Source: Lama glama (lineage: Eukaryota). Taken from it: DNA of 64,000 nucleotides. The DNA is taken from positions 65,722,001 to 65,786,000 of the forward strand of contig CM052816.1 in assembly GCA_028534125.1 (NCBI GenBank), written 5' to 3'. Below the pieces are notes generated by a model, which did not search any database, was not told the DNA's origin, and worked only from the letters and a program-made list of their open reading frames with translations. The number at the start of each line of letters is the position of its first letter. The stretch's first letter is position 1. This document shows positions 1-13,049 of the stretch, piece after piece. A program made the translations under genes and the position numbers.

Positions 1-945
1 CCTACAATCTTCTTTTAGTCTTTATTTTCCATGTATGTTGAGAGCATTTCTAGTCAGAGTTCTTTTTTTTTTTACGCTGTTACCAAGTAGTGCAGTCTCC
101 AGTAACTTTTTAATTAGTTTGTGACATATTCGCCCTTTAATCAGGTCTACAATGGCCAGCCAACTGTCTTCAGTGTCAGTTTTAGGTAGGCATTAGTATG
201 ATAATATGGAACTGGTTGACAATCTTAATTTTAAAGCATTTTGGAGGAGATATTTTATGAATGGTGTTGAGGGACTTATATGACCTGTCAAAACAATTCA
301 TAAAATTCCTATTTTGAAGGGGAAATTAAAAGTCAAGGTGATGGAAAGGTTATATTAGTGCATTTGAAGGAGATGAAAGATGTAGAGAGGATGACTTTGA
401 AAGCTAATGAGAAAGAAGCTACTTGTCAGGCAGTCTGTTCAAGAGCAATGTCAGCAAGTGAAATGGGTTGTTGCCTTTGGGGAAATGATTCACAGTGTCT
501 GAAAACGATGAAATCCATATTGGTTTAGGAGCTGGATTGACCATGGCACCTCTCCTGACTTTTTGGCTCTCCCTTCCTTCCTGTTTCCAGTGCAAAATCA
601 GCTTTTGCCTATGAAGTGTGCGATCCATACTTGGCCTCCACTCGTGTGTGTTCTTGATATGATTTAAAATAATGAGATTGGCATTGGATACTTCATTAAA
701 CAGCCGTATTTACTTTAGGTCTGTATTTACCTATTCTTTGTAGTTTAGCTGGCTAAACTCAGACAAAGTCTTCTGAATTTGAGCCCTAATCAAGTGTTGT
801 GCTTTCGAAGAGAGTATGCAGAATTAAAAGAATATACAGTTCCTCTTTGCGTAAAAAAACAGACTTTCCTTTTTCTTTTCCTGTTTTTCTCATCTCTCTG
901 CTGTCGGACCTGCCCCAGGCAGGGACACTTAGGTCATATCCCTAG

Positions 946-1013
946 TATGTATGTATGTATGTATGTGCATATATGTATGTGTAGTATGTATGTGTATATA
1001 TGTATGTGTGTGT
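946..1013. repeat. (TATG)n/(TG)n compound microsatellite
   Basis: Seen directly. Confidence 0.9.
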
Positions 1014-2589
1014 ATTCCATTTTAACATTGAATAAAGGAACTTACAGTTTTTTAACCTTTTTTTTTTCATAAATGCAAAAATAGAATCTGTCCTGTAAGC
1101 AAATGATCTTGAACCCAGAGTAGCTACCTCTGGAAGTTTGGCTACTTGGTGATAGGCATGGGGCTCTACTGTGCTTTACTACCACCTAAAAAAATAAAGA
1201 CAAAAGGACGACACCCTGTGTGCTACTAGAGAAAGGCCACAGTCCGAGCCGAACTGCTTGTCACTTTCTATCCTTCAGGCTCTTTAAACTATCTTCCTTT
1301 TGGATGATGCTTTTTGTATCTGTTGTCACTTGTGCAACTGGCCAGGGAAAAGGAAATGAATAACATGATTGGAAGGAGTGTAGAGGAATTGGAGTCTTAG
1401 GATGATCCTTAGGATTTACAGAAGCCTTTAAAGCTATTTGTGCTGCTTTGTGGTGCTTTGTGCCCTGTGTCAGCTCATATTTCATCTTTACTCCATTTTT
1501 ATGTTCTCAGATCGAGGACATGTTTTAAAAATCATTCTTTTGACCTCCTTTCTCAGTCCACCCTGAAGCCTTCCAGCTTCCGGCCAACCCTATTAGCTTC
1601 TCTGATTGCATCTCCATGGTCCTTTCACTTGGTTAAGCAACACAAAGTGGATGCTTCAATGCCAAGACCAATACGTAGGAAATCTTTGTAAATGGCAGCA
1701 CAGGTTCACCTGCAAATATGAAATGTGAAGGAACTTCCATGTAGCTCCTGATGAGTGTAATTATTAATGCTGAAGTCAGTTCACAGTTTGCTGATACTAT
1801 AACGAGTTTTTGAATTACATTTCACTTAGTAGTGGAGCATTTTAGTCTGGAAAAAAAGCTTCATATATAGTATGACATTCGATATACTCCTGTAAAGCAC
1901 TGTTTCATCCTTTTAAATAGACTACAACATCCTGGAAGTGAAATCAAGATTTCTGAATGTCTAAAGCAAAGAAACACTGGAATGTAATCAATACATCTTC
2001 TAAAGAAAAGAAATCAACTTATTTTACATGATTCAGACGAAAATAGCTCTAGGGTTAGCTAAGGAATAGTAAGGGAAATCTCATCCGTCAAGAGATACTA
2101 GATAAATGAAGCTATATTAAAGTCCTCTCAAGTACACAGGAGTCTGCACTAAGGAGATGTTGCTATATACTCTGTAATGTTCAAAACTATTCCTTAGATC
2201 AATTCACTGATGAAATTGTGGGGGTTTTGGGTTTGTTTTCTTTGTTCTTTTTACCAACTGCCTGCCAGTGGAATGAACTAACAAGAAAATAGCGCCCTCC
2301 GTCAGTGGGAGTGTAGAATGCATCTTACTAGCAAGAATCAACATGTTGTAGGAATGAAAACCAGCACAGACCAATTGATGCATGTCATGCTAGTTTTTTT
2401 TTCTTTTTAAAGCAGTTTGTTGGTGAACAAAAATAAAGAAGAGACATATTCCCTACCTCTGTTCTTGATGTTTCGTTAAATCATGATGTTTTATTAAATT
2501 CTGACATAATGATGTAGCTTAGTCACCTCAGGGAATGATCTCTGACAAGCAACACTTCAAAAAAAGAGAGAGAGAGAGAGAACCTGCTA

Positions 2590-2947
2590 GTATGCGGTTC
2601 CTAAAACAATACAAGATAAACATATAATTCACCAGGGATGCTTATTTAAAATGGAAATTCCATGTATAGCACAGGGAAATATACACAAAATGTTATGATA
2701 AATCACAGAGAAAAAAATGTGACAATGAGTGTGTATATGTCCATGAATGACTGAAAAAGTGTGCTGAACACTGGAATTTGACACAACATTGTAAAATGAT
2801 TATAAATCAATAAAAAATGTTAAAATGGAAATTCCAAATCTCACATCTGGAGACAAATTTGATAGGTCTGAGTAGGTCCTGGGAATTCCATGACTTTTAC
2901 CAAGCAGCCCAGGTGACTGTCACACACTGTGGGCTCAGAAAACCATG
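2590..2947. mobile_element. MER5-family hAT-Charlie MITE, split by an L1 insertion
   Basis: The halves (aattcaccagggatgcttatttaaaat and taggtctgagtaggtcctgggaat...caagcagcccaggtgac...gaaaacca) rejoin into a MER5A-like element. Confidence 0.6.
2663..2821 (+). mobile_element. Young 5'-truncated L1 3' end (camelid type)
   Basis: tgtatagcacagggaa...acacaacattgtaaaatgattataaatcaataaa, with a perfect TSD AAAATGGAAATTCCA at 2648-2662 and 2822-2836 at a TT|AAAA site. Confidence 0.9.
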
Positions 2948-3925
2948 TCTTTTGGTGCCCCTGCCCTTGGCACGTCTGTCCTCGTTGTAAGTGGAGTTCT
3001 TCTACCTCTCTCTCCAAAGTCCCATTTGCTCTTGGGACTCTTTCTCTTGTTTGGCTCCTTTGGTTTTTGATAACTGAGGGAGGGAACCAATTACTTGTAT
3101 GTCCTGCACTTTCTACCACTTATTCCAGAACTGTTAGTCCCTAGAGCTATGCCAGGCACGTTTCCTGCCTTCCGCCTGTAGAGGCTTTCTGGGATCAGCA
3201 TACTGTCCAAGGCATCATATCTACATGCAGCCGACACATTGATGAATACTGCAGATATTTGGCACTTACGATTTAAATGTAACTTTCCCTGAGTGCATAT
3301 AAACACTCCTGTTCTCTGCTGTGCGCTACATCTGACTATGTGTGTCATCTCTGATGCCATCTCTGTTCATCATGCCCTGAATCACATAAAGTGGGCACTT
3401 CTGCCAACATTACAGTGGCTCCTATTAAAGGAGGCTCATGGCCTCATAGTCATGAAGATAACTGTTAGCAAAGCCTTTGTTCCTCTCATCACCTACCAGT
3501 GGCAGGCCTTTTCCTGTCCTCGCTTCCTGATACTGTTGGCAGACATGACATTGAAGCTCAGATTTAAAGGAGATGTAAGGTCTAGAATCAAAGTCTTCTG
3601 GTTTATAATGATGAAAGCATTAAATATAGGCTGTTAACAAAACCTGTTAAAGTACAGAGACAGATGATAAAATTAGTCTCCCTGGGGTGAAGTCTATGAT
3701 AATGTAAGCTGTTTAGAAAATTGAGAAAACAAAATTAAAACTTTGCTTCACCTATGCTTTAAAAAAAATAAGGAATATCCCTTTGCCCTTTTAATTTTCA
3801 GAAGAGTGTGCATCTTACATGTGCGTTTCTTGCTGCTTCATGTGCCTTATATGCTGGATGGTTCAGCACCATTAGATGCTTTAGTTGTTTTTATCCCCAC
3901 CTTATTGCTTTTGCCAAGCAATCAG

Positions 3926-4127
3926 GCCTGTCCACGACTTCATTTTAATCCTTTTCTTTTTGTGTTTTGTTTTCCAGGTAAGTACTTTTGGTTTTCCTCT
4001 TCCTTAATGCTGAAAGAAAATGCACCTGCCTGATGTAGAGCACATGGTTTATGAACAGAACAACCAAAAGATAAAAAATAACGTGAATAGTAAAGCAAGC
4101 TCTGCTACCTGATACCTACCGGTAAGA
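3926..4127 (+). other. Recursive splice site (AG|GT ratchet point at 3977/3978) with 144-nt RS-exon 3978-4121
   Basis: Branch-like TTAAT (A3948), 50-nt AG-free zone 3926-3975, pyrimidine tract, CAG immediately followed by consensus GTAAGT, and downstream donor CCG|GTAAGA at 4122. Confidence 0.7.
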
Positions 4128-5231
4128 ATGTTTAGTGGTGTGCCAACACTCCTCTCTTTTCCCAGGAAGGGGACTAACAGTGCAGGAAGATGGGGGTGGG
4201 TTTGTTGCTGTGCAAGGAGGGAGAAGATTACAAGGAATGTTCATGAAATATTTATTCACACCTGCTTATTGGGTAGATGAACAGCTGATGGTTCTGAGCC
4301 AGACTACCATTTCCCAGATTGGAAATTATTCACCTAAATGCAGCTTTTAAATATTTCCAAAAAAAAAAATCCCAAATGGAAATAGATGTAGGTGATACTG
4401 AGGAGTTTTGTACCTGTCTGTCAGTTTGTTTCGAAAAGAGACGTAACAGTAGAAAAAAATATTTTTATTACTTGATTTTAATTTGTATTACATATGAAGC
4501 TGTCTACTTAAATACTTCAGGAACATATGATCATGAATATATATACATAACCTTCACCCAGAAAAATCCTTAAAACTTTTGATAATAAATGTGCATATTC
4601 TGTATGGTGAGAGAGAAATACCGATGCACTCAAACATAATTTACTTCACATAGTGCAGGTACCTTCTCTTTCTCTTATAACATGTACACCCCCTGTACAT
4701 ATGAAATAACACATCAAATACACTTAAATTTCAATGCTTCCATGATATTTTGCCCATACCCACAGCCATTCTTTATTTAGCTATGGATTTCAAGATTTAC
4801 ACAGATGTGGTAAATAGAATGCCTTCATATCAATGTCAGAGTAGCCCTTTCTATAATAACATATTACATTTAATGTAAATTCAAATACTCCTTCCAATAT
4901 AAGTGAATAAATATATTAATATAAATACACTAACATTTAATATGAACCAACTGCAAAGATTCAGTTTTTAAAGACTGCTGCCTGTGACTCAATTATTTTC
5001 TCTACCAATTACTTTGCTGACCTCGTAGAATTTTTTCCTCTCCTAGAATATCACCTCTCTGCCTCTCCTTCACTTCATTTTTTGTCTGTGTTTAATTCTG
5101 ACCCCATGTCCTGCACAAAACCTTCTTAAGTATTCCAACACATACCACAACTCCAAACCTAATCCTAACCTTCCCCATAACCCTACCCTAAGCCTTATCC
5201 CTGCCCTAACATCATTCCTCGGTGGAGTCCC

Positions 5232-5594
5232 TGTATGTTTGCTAGGGGCCATCATAACAAAGTGCCACAGACTGGTGGCTTAAACGTTAGAATTTTGTTG
5301 CCTCATTGTTCTGGAGGCTAGACATCTCAGATCAAGGTGTCGGCCGTGCTGATTTTTTCTGAAGCCTCTCTTACTGGCTTTGTAGATGGCCATGTTCTCC
5401 GTGTGTCTTCACATGGTCTTCCCTCCTTATGGGTCATACTTTCTTCTTAAAGGGCACCTGCCACATTGGAGTAGAGCCCACTATAAAGACTTAATTTTAA
5501 CTTACTACCTCCTTAAAGACACCATCTCAAATACAGCCACATTTTGAGATAACTGGGAGTTAGAATTTCAACATATGAATTCAGCTCATAAACA
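5232..5594 (-). mobile_element. MLT1 (MaLR) solo LTR
   Basis: cataacaaagtgccacagactggtggcttaaac...ttctggaggctag...agatcaaggtgtcggc, with TG..CA ends and TCCC on both flanks. Confidence 0.85.
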
Positions 5595-6494
5595 TCCCTG
5601 TTACAGTTTCTCAATTATTTTTCTAATCATTTCATATAAATTAGTTCTGCCTTCCCCAGTTAGAACATAAGTCTCAAAGATAAGGACTGGTCATATTTTA
5701 AATTTTATTTAGTTTATCCATAGTACTGAGAGAGCCAGGTGCATAATATTAAATAATATATATACTTATTACTCAAAAATGTTGGAAGGAATAGGGTAAA
5801 AGGACTGAGTGAGAGTCCTTTTATCAATTTTTGCTGATTTCAGCTCCCTTATCTTGACAGAAAGAAACCAGTACCATAAGTCTTAGGGTCAGGCAGTGGT
5901 CAGGCAAGTGGTCAGATGCAGTGTCTACTTCTTTCCTGGGAGTCTCATCAGCATTCCGGTCAGCAGAGGTGATCTGGTGGAAGGAAATGCTGATCTCTGC
6001 AAATAGGTAAAAGGGTGTTTAACCCAGGCACATATCACAGAAGACAAGTTGGGCTTGTGGAAAATAATTACCTCTTTAAGAGCCTTCAGAACTAGAGGCA
6101 GGTTATCGGAGGGTAGAACTGTGAACACGTTGATGATCCCAAGGCAGTAAATTGAATGAAATCACGTTTTAAGTTCTGAAATCCTGCTTAACTCTTTACT
6201 AGTAATTCTATGTGTATATATATGCCAATTTATATGTAAAACGATTACCTCATTTAATTTCCAACACTAAAAATGAGGGTTCAATTTGTGTACTCTCCTC
6301 AGTTTTTGTTATATTCCATTTTCCACAATTTCTAGAGCCAGCATTCAAAAGTATTTTCAGTGCCTTAAAATAGAGTCATCCTAAATTCAAATTATGCAAA
6401 TGCTCATTTAATGCAGTTATAAACATGGCTCCATATTTCATATAAAATCCTAAGAAAATAGAAAACCCTCCAAACTTCAGCATAACCATGTTAC

Positions 6495-6673
6495 TTTCTC
6501 TTACTGGATGTGTGTCCTTGAGTGAGTTACTCAAGCCTCAAGTGAGTCTGAGGTTCTCCAGCTCTTAAAAGGGAATCAGAATACCTACTTTACTGGGCAG
6601 TTGCTGGTATTAAATTAACATGTGCAAAGAAGTTGGCCCAGTCCTTGCAAAGTACCTGAGTTCAACAAATGTT
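6495..6673 (+). mobile_element. MIR SINE
   Basis: Core-like tgtgtgtccttgagtgagttactcaa...aatacctactt...ttcaacaaatgtt. Confidence 0.7.
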
Positions 6674-6749
6674 CCTTCCTTTTATTCCTCTGTCAGGTTG
6701 AATTTTGCTCAGTAGATTAACCATCTACATAGAAAAGAGATGCAAATTT

Positions 6750-7462
6750 GATTGATTTGATTGACTTACTCATTCTCTCAGCAATGTTTAGGTATTAGGA
6801 TCACTGTATCTTGGTTTCTTGCTAGATGCGGGGTGAATAATGATGAGAAAGAAACAGAGTCCCAACTTTTCATGGAGAGATGGGTGTTAACGAAAAGATC
6901 CAAAAGTACATGTAAAGCTAAAGTAATGGTAAAGGCTGTGCAGTGCTAGGAGATTTTGTAACAGGGAGAGCTGTCTTTTTTGAGGGCATGTGGAAGATGT
7001 CAGAAATATTTCTCTTTGAATATAAGTGAACTGAGTTTGAAAGTGGGTGTGTTTCTGTGTGTGTGTGCGCGTGTGCGCGTGTGTGTATTCCAGTAGGAAT
7101 AGTGGCTAGAGTGATGACAGTAGCAGTGGTGGTTGTGATGGTGGTGAAGGGAGGATGAAATAAACAAAAGATAAGTGTCCAGGGAACAACATGTGCACGG
7201 TCCAGACATGGGAAGCAGGGTGAAGAGTATAGTTTCCCAAAAGAAAGCCAGTGGGTCTGGGACGCAGAGAGCTATAAGGAAGATCATAGCTTGAGAGGAG
7301 GGTAGGGACCAACTGAGGCAGAGCCTTATAGATTAAATTAAGGAGTTTGTCTTCTATCCTAAGAATAATAGGAAGCCAATAAAAGGCATTAGTGGATGGG
7401 AAGGTGAGATTTATAACATATTCAGATTTGTATTTTGGAAAAATTCATTTTGTCCTCCAGTG
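6750..7462 (-). mobile_element. L2 LINE fragment with internal (TG)n
   Basis: Purine-rich L2 antisense hallmarks: agggaacaacatgtgca, taaggagtttgtcttctatcct, atttgtattttggaaa. Confidence 0.75.
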
Positions 7463-10261
7463 CTTTTGCAGGAAGATCGAAATTCAGAATGTGTTTATTT
7501 ACAGCAAACACAAAGAAGTTTCCCACCTTATGGGTGTGCTTTAATTGCATTAATTTTGCACGTGATTCCTGAATGACCTGAGATTCTTTAAGGACCCAAT
7601 ACATTCTGTTTTCTGAACCAGTGACACTTATAAAAAGGAATGTTGATTTAAACTTCCAACTACAGCTGATAATTTGACCCAATTAGCAGAAAAATCTTCT
7701 GGTAAAATCTTTCTGCTAATTTCACTGAGCAGTTTGCAGGGTCTAGCAATGGAAAATTCTAACCATAGAATGACTGTCATAATTCCCTTGGAGCACCTTT
7801 GTTATTGGAGATAAACCTTTAGCCACCTGGTTTTGGTAGAAACCTCAATGAGTATGATGTTAAGTGAGGAACAAGCACCCCTCTTGATCCTGGAAACATC
7901 CTGTGAACCAGGTCGACACCAGTCATAGATTTTGATACTGAGAAACTTTTGCTTTGTTTCACTGGCAAGAACTCTTACTTGGGGATGCTGTGTATATGTG
8001 AATTTAAATTCATTTTACGTTTCTTCTTAAAGCTTTCTATGTTAACCATCTGAAACAATAGATTAGTATAATCAGTAAAGATTCATATCAAGTGTAGGAT
8101 ATTGGAAGATTCCCACTTGATAAATATGTTTTCACAACAAACCTTATTTTTTCAATACAATATGAATGCATCTTCATCCTAACTATCATTTCAGCTGAGT
8201 CCTTCCTACTCACCCCCAATGTAAGTAATCCACGTAGTGACACAACATTTTATCCAATTTCTAAAATAAGGCCCCATGTTAACCTTGAACTATGACAGTG
8301 CCTACTGGACATGTATTAAATTTAATTGAATTTAATGACTAACCAAAGAGACTTTAGTGATTACAACTACTTCAACAATTGTGTGGAAAGCGTATAGGAG
8401 TAAAGGATACAGGTACCTCTAAGTATGAAGTTTAAATAAATGCTTAGTGATGGAAGAAAAATAGTGTCTGCAGACTGCTTACAATTGCTTTATGGAAACT
8501 GATTTTCCTGCCTTTACTCATCTTGCCTCATTTGTTTTTAAATACTGTTACAACATCAAATTAGCAAGGATGGAATGTCAGAAAATAGTTAATTCCATGT
8601 ACTAAAGGTGCAGTTTGTTCTACTGTTAAATATAACATTATTGAAAGGTTTATATCCAAAGATATATTCCTGGGGTACCAGTCCAGGTTCCTGTTATTTG
8701 CTCTGTGCCCCATTTAGTAGATTTCATGCTAGATGTTGACCTAAGCAAGTCAACATATGCAAGTGAATTTCATCCAAGGGCGAAAAAAAAAAAAGTGTTG
8801 TTGTTGGTATATGTTTAGGAAAAAAATGCATCTGTTTCACAAAGACTGACTTTTGTGTATGTGAAAAAAAATGATGATAAGATAGTATAGGATTGTACTC
8901 TTTCAACTCACAAAAATCCCAGGATGCTCAGAACTATTCTAATATGCTGGATGTGCTACTTAGGAAGTTAGAGGAACAGCATGCATGTTATTTGGCTGAT
9001 GTATGCCACCCAGAGTCTGCTTACCTGGCAACCTGAGCAGGACACACCTGGGATATCTTGGTACCATCTAGAGACACGAGCTAATCTTGCCAGGGTAAAC
9101 TGCAGAATCCAAGGAAATTGTTTTGTCGAGTGACGCAGTTGCACAGATGATATAGTAATATAACAAGGGCTAAAATAATTTGGGAAAGAGAAATGGAGAT
9201 AATTTAGTTGAAGTTGTTCTACTTGCTATTCTCAGAAGTGATTTTTGTTTGTTTGTTTGTTTTTTATCTTTAGAAAAAGAATAGAGTATTAAATCATTGC
9301 CTTAACTAGTGTGGTAATTTGGTCTTTCTAAACAATTTTTTGAATGCTGTCTTGTTTATCTCTATTACTTAACCTGACCTTCACAGTATAGCTAACCTCT
9401 TATGAATGAGAACTGGAAAATACCAACCACATAAGCCACTATCTTTGTTAACTATATACTAGTAATTTTTGAATTAAATGCCAAATAATCTATTTTTTTC
9501 TATTAAAAACTCTTAAAATGGGCAAGAAAGAGGGACTCAATATGATCATGGGTAGAAGATTCTACTGAGAGCCTTTGGAAAGGATCACCAGATTCCAGAA
9601 AAATCTGTCCAATTTACAAGGTAGCATACTCAAAAAAATTAATTGGGGATCTAAAGATCAACCCTTTGGGAAAAGTCTGGTTTTCTCTGAGTCAAGGATT
9701 AGTAAAGGCCTTTGTATATATACCAGTTTTGACAGAGCTGAAAAAATCAGGAAAATGGCCATTTCAGTGGAAAAAATATAAAGTTCAGCCTGTACATTTT
9801 TCTATCACTTTGCATTGTTCTTAGCTGAACTTAATGCAGGCAAAAGAACCAAAACATTTTGGCCTAGTAGGTATCCAGAATATTCTAGACAGTAATTTCT
9901 TAATTACCAAATGACTCTATTTTATGTCCTTTAGGAAACTAATTTTCAAAACTTTCTCTGGAAGAAACCTAAGAAGTTTTAATTTTTTTAAGTTTATTTT
10001 ATTTTTTTCTTGATTATAAAACTTTTGTAATATTTTATGTAAAAAAATCCAAGCATTGCAGAAATGCAAGATTTAGATAAAAGCATATGTTTGCCACCTT
10101 CCCTCCCATCCCCCTAGAAGACTGTTTCTAAGACTTGCATAGCTGGGTTTTTTGGGTACATGTATATATTTATATAAGTTTTCCTGAAATGGAAGTTTGC
10201 TACATGTTTTTCAACAAACTTTTTTTTTTACATAAAATATCTTAGTTGTTTGTCTACATTA

Positions 10262-10900
10262 GGACACATTGCTCTATCTACGAAGCTATAAACAGAACAA
10301 AGAGTTTATTCCCCAAGAGAAGCCCTAGATATCTGAGAGTATCCACAAAGGCTGAGTCAGTTTGTGCCTGGATTTGCCTGAGAAAGTTATCGTCGTCCCC
10401 ATCCCCCCTTGAGAGCAAGTCGGTCCCTTCGTGGTCGCCACATCCCTGGCCGAGCTCATGTGCCACAACAGCAGGCAGTGTGGGTTAAGGAACAGGCTTC
10501 CAGGGACTGAGTGATGGAGGGCTGGTAAGAAGAGAGAAGGCTGTGATCCCCTTGTTCCTGCATCATCCCTCTTTCTTGCTGTCCTGTTTTATAGGGCAGC
10601 TGTAGAGAAAAACTTTGCCAGTGGGGGTTCAGACAACCCTCCAAGTTATTGGACTATCTCAGTTTAGATGCCAACTCTTTAGAGGAATTGTCTAACAAAA
10701 CTAGCTCCCCAGCCCTGAAGACCTCGGGGAAGCATGGCAAGTCACAGCCCCTTCAGCGAGGAAAAGGATGGGAGCTCATGGGAAGCTGAGTGTGGGTGAG
10801 GCCTCTCCAGATGGGAGAGGGGAAAGCTGCCAACAGCTAGTTCATTGTCTAAACAACTCCATATGAGCTATCAAGTCAATTTTGGGCCATACCACCCAGG
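10262..10900 (-). mobile_element. Probable ancient solo LTR (family not identified)
   Basis: GC-richer block within AT-rich L1-like sequence. Minus-strand TATAAAA (10587-10593) is followed about 280 bp later by AATAAA (10305-10310). Confidence 0.4.
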
Positions 10901-11379
10901 ATGTTCTCCTGGTTAAATCATGATTCCGGTAGGCTTGAATAGTAACAAAACTGACATCGTGGCATCCTTGGTTTGATGACCTCTGTTTAATATTCTAACA
11001 CAGTTGGTTTTTGCAATACCTTCTTCCAAGTAATTTGGTGGTGTTTAATCCTGCCATGTCCTTTACAAAGGAAAGATAATAAAAATCATCCTGTTAATTA
11101 GCATAAAACTTGCCTATTACATTTTTATAGAAAATGTGTTATAATTTTATTAAAAGAATTTCACAATAAAATGCTATCCATTTTCATATGGATTGTTGAA
11201 TATTTAATATTCCTTTCCAATTCATATCTATATAACAAACATGTTTAATCAAAGCATACATATAATTTTGTTCTGTACTTTTTTCATTTATGTTTAATTT
11301 CTAAACACTTTTCTGTATTATTTCCACATTGTCATCATTTTCCCCATTTAAGGCCTTCTTTATTTAAGCATTGTATATT

Positions 11380-11475
11380 CTAAGGCAGCTCTAATTGTTA
11401 GAAAGCCTCCCTTATACTGATTTGAAGTTTACCTGATTGTAAGTCAGCTATTGTTCTTAGGTTTGTGCCTTAGAG
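11380..11475 (-). mobile_element. L3/CR1 fragment
   Basis: gcagctctaattgttagaaag...ccttatactga resembles the antisense L3 3' region. Confidence 0.6.
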
Positions 11476-11479
11476 AAAT

Positions 11480-11612
11480 CAATGGCTGACTTCACATGGT
11501 TTGGGGACACCAAAATTGTATGTAAAATCTTGGACGCATGTGCGGTCTTCTGGAGAACGTGTCCTTAGCTTCATCAGATGGTCAGAGATGTATGAGTAGC
11601 TCAGAACCACAC
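11480..11612 (-). mobile_element. MER103-like hAT-Charlie MITE
   Basis: aaattgtatgtaaaat...gcttcatcagat. It is the reverse complement of the element type at 63340-63501. Confidence 0.55.
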
Positions 11613-11799
11613 AGGACTGAGTAAGCTCTACTTTCACAGCTAGAAGAGTTGAATAGACTGAATAAGTTAACTGGGCACCGAATTAGGACCATAAAAGTAA
11701 TGAGATTTTTGGACTACTAGAACTTAATATCCAGCTTTGGTATGGTTTCAGTATCATTTAATTATCTGACAAGCCAAGCTCTTTCAAATTCCCATTAGA

Positions 11800-11935
11800 T
11801 TGAAACTTAACTGTACATTAGTTGCTTCCAGGTAATGTTAGAGATATTGATGCCTGGCCCCCACCTAAGAGATCTTGATTATATTAAATGGTCAGGGTAT
11901 GGGTCAAGTCTACAGCCAGAGATGAGAACCACTGG
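11800..11935. mobile_element. MER5A-like MITE
   Basis: tgatgcctggcccccacc...cagccagagatgagaaccactg terminus. Confidence 0.6.
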
Positions 11936-13049
11936 ATTTGAAGCCTGCATGAACATGAGGTAGGGAAGTGCTGTTGAAACTATTCAGATAGGGGAAAAAA
12001 AGAAAATCCAGGCACTCACCTCTATTTTACCTCTGTAGGAATATTTTACCAAACCAGAATGACAACCCATCCTGCTAAATGAATTCTTTTAAATTTTAAC
12101 TTGGTCTTTGGAGACACCATTGTTTAAACTTTAACGCAATTTTCTTCCTCAAATTACTTAGGGATAAAGTAAGTAATCTTTCTGCTGTGATAACAGTGAA
12201 ACTAAAACAAGAGAATCTAGCTTAGAGGGTCATCGGAGAACAGTTTTTACTCTAAAAGAATAAATTAAGCAGAGACTTAATTCATTACAAATTCAACCAT
12301 GAAGGAAAATATACATTAATTATTTATATTAAGATAAACATAAACTATTTCTAGCAAACAACTTTATAGTTAATTTTTCTAATTTACCACTTTCTGAATC
12401 TTATGCAAAGTATGCTGCTCATAATACCTATAAAATATGATTGGCGAAGGACACTGTGATCTCAATGAGAAGTTTCATGTAAATGAAAGAAATCAGATTT
12501 CATTGCAGACCTAGAATATTAAAGCAGGCAGAAATATGTCAGTTAAACTTTCTGCATTCTTTTAATGCGTGACATTTTATTTTGGCAGGGGAGAGATTAA
12601 GGATTTACCATGTCCAAAAATAATTATAGATTAACAAGTTACCAGTTGGATTTTGTTTTCCTTCCCCAGCTTAAGTAACTGACCCCTATTTTGACTGTTT
12701 TTAAAGCTGATCCCTATTCTTCAGTTCCATGGGACACTTTCGGTCTTATTTTCTCAGTCAGGCAATGGGATACCTTAGGTTCAGTCACAAGGCACTCTAG
12801 CAGATTGTTACTATTTTATCAATCCATTTTCAATTTTTATAAACCTTTAAAATTAAATTGATTATTATTTTTAAACCTCTAAGACTCTACATAATGAAAA
12901 GATAAAAACCAACAAAGTGGAAAATTTCATCCAAATTATTTTAGTAGTTGTTGGCATACCAAGAGTATATTAAATTTAAATCTTATATTTGTCTTCACCA
13001 ACAGATTTATATTTTGTGTGTGTGTGGACTCAGATAGACTAGACTTGAA

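Noticed and set aside
2292..2310. CTCF-like motif on the minus strand
   Set aside because: The 3' half matches (GAGGGCGCTA) but the 5' core is poor.
4450..4980. AT-rich block as a DNA transposon remnant
   Set aside because: I could not identify termini or a family with any confidence.
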